The position numbers and the translations under genes were made by a program. A DNA stretch of 64,000 nucleotides from Candidatus Poriferihabitaceae bacterium (GTDB lineage Bacteria; Pseudomonadota; Gammaproteobacteria; Arenicellales; Poriferihabitantaceae), in contig OZ251537.1 in the NCBI GenBank assembly GCA_965243285.1, forward strand, positions 570,387 through 634,386, in the 5' to 3' direction. This document shows, piece after piece, positions 60,636-64,000 of the stretch. Position 1 is the stretch's first letter. Each line of letters starts with the position of its first letter. The notes beneath the pieces were generated by a model that saw nothing but the letters and a program-made list of their open reading frames with translations, was not told where the DNA came from and did no database searches.

Positions 60636-61514
60636 ATGGCGAGAAAGAAAAAGGCGCGGCTTGGGCGCGGCTTGGGCGCCCTGCTGGGCGAGGTTCAGCA
60701 CGGCGTCGCGGCGACCGCGGCGTCGACGGCCGGCGGCTTGCGGCAGCTGCCCATCGAGCATTTGCGGCGCGGCAAGTATCAACCACGCCGCACCATGGCG
60801 CAGCCAGCCCTCGAGGAATTGGCCGAATCCATCCGCGTGGAGGGCGTCATTCAGCCCTTGTTAGTGCGGGAAATCGAGCCTGGTTGTTTCGAGATAATCG
60901 CCGGCGAGCGGCGCTGGCGGGGCGCCCAGTTGGCCGGCTTGGCGACCGTGCCGGCGGTGGTCAGGGAAGTGAGCGACCAAAGCGCCATGGCGGTGGCGTT
61001 GATAGAAAACATCCAGCGCGAAGACCTAAACGCCCTCGAAGAGGCCGGCGGCTTTGCGCGCTTGCTGGACGAATTCGGCTTGACTCACCAGCAAATCGCC
61101 GATGCCGTGGGCCGCTCGCGCGCCGCCATCAGCAACATTTTGCGCCTGCTGGGCTTGCACGCCGCCGTAAAAAAACTTCTCGAGGCCGGGAAAATCGACA
61201 TGGGACACGCCCGCGCGTTGCTCGCCCTGCCCACCTCGCGCCAGCCCGAAGCCGCGGCCCAAGTGGTCGCCGCCGGCATGACGGTGCGCGCCGCCGAGCA
61301 ACTAGTGAAGCGCATGCAGGCCGCCGCCGCCGGCGCCGACGACAAGCGCCAGGTCGCAGCCGAAAACAACCCCGATGTACTGCGCTTCGAAGAAGACCTA
61401 TCCACCCGCCTCGGCGCCCGAGTATCCATCCAACACGGCGCCAAAAAAGGCAAAGTGGTCATCCACTATCACTCCTTGGACGAACTGGACGGCATTATCG
61501 CGCGGATTAAATAA
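60636..61514 (+). CDS. parB: chromosome partitioning protein ParB/Spo0J
   Basis: ParB box GERRWRGAQLAG and IENIQREDLN; HTH THQQIADAVGRSRAAISNILRLL. Confidence 0.9.
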   Translation: MARKKKARLGRGLGALLGEVQHGVAATAASTAGGLRQLPIEHLRRGKYQPRRTMAQPALEELAESIRVEGVIQPLLVREIEPGCFEIIAGERRWRGAQLAGLATVPAVVREVSDQSAMAVALIENIQREDLNALEEAGGFARLLDEFGLTHQQIADAVGRSRAAISNILRLLGLHAAVKKLLEAGKIDMGHARALLALPTSRQPEAAAQVVAAGMTVRAAEQLVKRMQAAAAGADDKRQVAAENNPDVLRFEEDLSTRLGARVSIQHGAKKGKVVIHYHSLDELDGIIARIK

Positions 61515-61515
61515 A

Positions 61516-61722
61516 GGGATTTATATATCTAAATCTGCACGGTGGGGTTGATTTTTGCTGTTGCTTTTACTGTTAATGCTTTGCTCCCCCAGATGAAGCG
61601 GGGGGGAGTAAAACGTTAAAAGCCAAAGCCAAAGCAAAAGCAAAAGCCAAACGCAACCCCTAAATCAGCCGCTGACCTCAAAAAAACACCAATCGAACTG
61701 CAGCTTTAGGTATATAAACCCC
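61516..61722 (+). mobile_element. complete MITE copy (207 bp) inserted at the parB stop codon
   Basis: Left TIR GGGATTTATATATCTAAATCTGCACGGTGGGG. Right end ...CTGACCTCAAAAAAACACCAATCGAACTGCAGCTTTAGGTATATAAACCCC. Exact 8-bp TSD TAAATAAA at 61508-61515 and 61723-61730. Confidence 0.9.
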
Positions 61723-61814
61723 TAAATAAACATCTCTATTAGCGATAACGGTGGCATGGTTAGAATCAACCGCATTATCCATGCTTAATTAATATTTTTC
61801 GAGGCCTATAACAG

Positions 61815-62456
61815 ATGCAAAAATCTCCACAGGAAACCCCAAATTCTAGTTATAAAATTTATAACGCCAAGGTGCTAAAAAAAACAAAACATAGCGTCCT
61901 TGATGGGTTTTTTCCGCCACTGCCGGACGAAAAATATTCGATAATATACGCCGACCCGCCGTGGCATTATAACGGCAAAGTACAATTCGATAAATCGGGT
62001 AACAGTGATTGTAATAAAGACTGGCAAAAAGACGTTTTTGTCAGCGCCGCATCGTTCAAATATCCAACCATTAAAACCAAAGAATTGATAACTTTGGATT
62101 TAGAAAAAATTGCCGAAAAAAATTCGCTATTGTTTATGTGGACAACCAATCCGCATTTGCAACAAGCCATAAATCTCGGCTCCGCGTGGGGGTTTGAATA
62201 TAAAACTGTGGCTTTTGTATGGAACAAAATGGCGCACAACCCCGGGCAATACACACTTTCATACTGTGAGCTATGCCTGCTTTTTAAAAAAGGAAAAATA
62301 CCGACCCCAAGAGGCACCAGAAATATAAAACAACTACTCAATATCGCGCGCTCAGCATTTGTCGCCAATGCATCGCTTTCATCTTGCCAAAGATCACGCT
62401 TCCTTAATTCGTTGGTGCCCATGCTTGAAAGTGCTATCTGTAGATTATTAAATAAG
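61815..62456 (+). pseudogene. MT-A70-family (DPPW) N6-adenine DNA methyltransferase, 3' end interrupted by a MITE
   Basis: IIYADPPWHY motif IV, then FMWTTNPHL and GFEYKTVAFVWNK. AT-rich. After ...RGTRNIKQLL I cannot find the expected HS.KP/ELFAR motifs in any frame, and the ORF runs into MITE sequence at 62457. Confidence 0.65.
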
Positions 62457-62940
62457 GGGAGTTATATACCTAAATCTGCAGTTCGATTGGCGTTTTTTTG
62501 AGGTCAGCGACTGATTTAGGGGGCTACTTTTGCTTTTGGCTTTTGGCTTTTGGCTTTGGCTTTTGGCTTTGGCTTTTAACTTTTTACTCCCCCCCGTGCT
62601 TCATCTGGGGGGAGTCAAATCAGGCGGCTTTATCGCCTGATTTGGTGGGGGGCTGTTGATGTTGGTCTTTTTGTTTTTGCCTTTAAATCTTCAACCCATC
62701 AGCCCAAATGAGGAATGAGGTAAAAACCAACAGCCAAGTCAACAGCCAAATCAATAGCCAAATCAATAGCAACAGCCAAATCAAAAGCCAACATCAAAAG
62801 CCAACATCAAAAGCAACCTCTCCCCACCAAAACTGGCGATGAAGCCCGCCAGTTTTTGACTTATCCCGCATTAAAACCGGGGGAGTAAAGCGTAACAGCC
62901 AAAATCAAACCCACCGTGCAGATTTAGGTATATAACTCCC
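62457..62940 (-). mobile_element. complete MITE copy (484 bp), reverse orientation
   Basis: Starts GGGAGTTATATACCTAAATCTGCAGTTCGATTGGCGTTTTTTTGAGGTCAGCGACTGATTTAGGG (right end, reverse complement) and ends CCCACCGTGCAGATTTAGGTATATAACTCCC (left end, reverse complement). Exact TSD TAAATAAG at 62449-62456 and 62941-62948. Confidence 0.9.
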
Positions 62941-63034
62941 TAAATAAGAATACGGAGTTTATGTTTTTTACAAAAAACGATGGCAAAAGTCAAATGCGCG
63001 CCAAGTGTCCACCGCATATCGATAAATTTAAACC

Positions 63035-63631
63035 ATGAGCGCTTTTTATGCCGGTTTCTCGCTGGGGCTCTCTTTGATTAGCGCCATCGGCGCGCAAAAT
63101 GCCTTTGTGTTGAAACAAGGGTTGCTCAAGCAGCATTTACTCGCGGTGGCGTTGCTGTGCGCATGCTCAGATGCAGTGCTGATCGCCGCCGGCGTATTTG
63201 GTTTCGACATTTTGACCACGCGTTTGCCGGGGTTTGCGGATATCGCGCGCTATGGCGGGGCGGTGTTTCTGCTTATTTACGGCGCGCGTCATTTTTACGC
63301 CGCCTGGCGCGCCACATCGCGGCCAACCATGGCCCGCGGCGAGTCTTCCTTAGGCGTGACCATAGCCGCCTGCGCGGCGTTGACCTGGCTAAATCCGCAT
63401 GTCTATTTGGACACCGTGGTGCTGCTCGGCTCGGTATCGACCCAATATCCAGACGGCAAAATGGCCTTTGCCGGCGGCGCTAGCGTCGGTTCGTTCGCGT
63501 TTTTTTTCAGCCTCGCCTATGGCGCTCGGGTATTGGCGCCGATTTTCCAAAGCGCGCGCGCCTGGCGTCTGCTGGATGTTTTTATCGGCCTGGTGATGTG
63601 GACGATAGCCGCCAGCCTGCTGCTCAGTTGA
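63035..63631 (+). CDS. argO: LysE/ArgO-family amino-acid exporter
   Basis: 198 aa, 6 TM. N-terminal GFSLGLSLISAIGAQNAFVLKQG is typical of ArgO/LysE. Confidence 0.8.
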   Translation: MSAFYAGFSLGLSLISAIGAQNAFVLKQGLLKQHLLAVALLCACSDAVLIAAGVFGFDILTTRLPGFADIARYGGAVFLLIYGARHFYAAWRATSRPTMARGESSLGVTIAACAALTWLNPHVYLDTVVLLGSVSTQYPDGKMAFAGGASVGSFAFFFSLAYGARVLAPIFQSARAWRLLDVFIGLVMWTIAASLLLS

Positions 63632-64000
63632 TGGCGCCGCCGACATTAAAACAACTGACGCTACGCGTGCTGGCGCGACAGCTGATTATCGCCGCCGTGC
63701 TGCTGGGGCTGTCGGCATTGGCCACCGCGCTGGGGGCGGACGCGGAATCGGCGCGCGGGCTGGGGCGCGCTAAATCCCTGGCCTTCGGCGCCGCGCTCGG
63801 CCTGGCGGCCACCGCCATCACCGCGCGCAGCGTGCTAAAATCTTGTCGCGCCGTTTTCCAGCGCCCGCAGTGGGGCGCCGGGGTCGGTATGGCGCCGCTT
63901 TATGCTGGGCTGGCGCTTAAATTGATGGCGGTCGCCGGCGGCGTGTTGTTCGGCGCGCTCCATCTGCGGCTCGCCCTGCCCTATGTTATAATCGGTTATC
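63631..64000 (+). CDS. small membrane protein, possibly ATP synthase protein I (3' end outside window)
   Basis: ATG overlaps the argO stop (TGATG). The frame is open to the window end (MAPPTLKQLTLRVLARQLIIAAVLLGLSAL...). Hydrophobic AtpI-like profile and position after parAB. It is absent from the ORF track because there is no stop within the window. Confidence 0.4.
   Translation, partial: MAPPTLKQLTLRVLARQLIIAAVLLGLSALATALGADAESARGLGRAKSLAFGAALGLAATAITARSVLKSCRAVFQRPQWGAGVGMAPLYAGLALKLMAVAGGVLFGALHLRLALPYVIIGY

Overview
GC-rich proteobacterial (gammaproteobacterium-like) chromosomal window. All calls come from reading the sequence and ORF translations by eye; no database search was run. The backbone is housekeeping: yajC, rnd, gmk-rpoZ-spoT, nagZ, an RND efflux pair, aroE, rnpB, argF/argG, lpxL, a dimethylglycine-dehydrogenase-like gene, thiBPQ, pckA, a large autotransporter and rsmG-parA-parB-(atpI-like), which suggests an origin-proximal region. 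Visibly AT-richer islands interrupt this backbone. They carry restriction-modification or defence genes, and most are decayed. These are an M.EcoRI-family MTase (split, with a nonsense codon and a frameshift), a frameshifted PF01555-type MTase with a degraded downstream ORF, a BcnI/MvaI-like endonuclease with an in-frame TAG next to an intact MTase, and an MT-A70 MTase hit by a mobile element. The apparently intact ones are an AAA ATPase + DUF4276-like pair, a DUF262-HNH nuclease and a 1478-aa Type ISP-like enzyme lying between thiB and thiP. The most unusual content is a non-autonomous MITE-like family. It has 24-bp terminal inverted repeats (GGGATTTATATAYCTAAATCTGCA), exact 8-bp AT-rich target duplications, strand-asymmetric GCTTTT/AAAAGC microsatellite arms and G6/C6-flanked hairpin modules. 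One copy and the M.EcoRI-like gene were both broken by a ~17.8-kb inversion (5712..23488), and the matching TSD halves are still readable. A second repeat class, phased A/T-tract arrays with a 9-12 bp period, fills many intergenic regions. Three frameshifts sit in homopolymer runs, so assembly error versus true pseudogenisation cannot be decided from sequence alone. Repeat boundaries are approximate (about +/-10 bp) unless a TIR/TSD is given.
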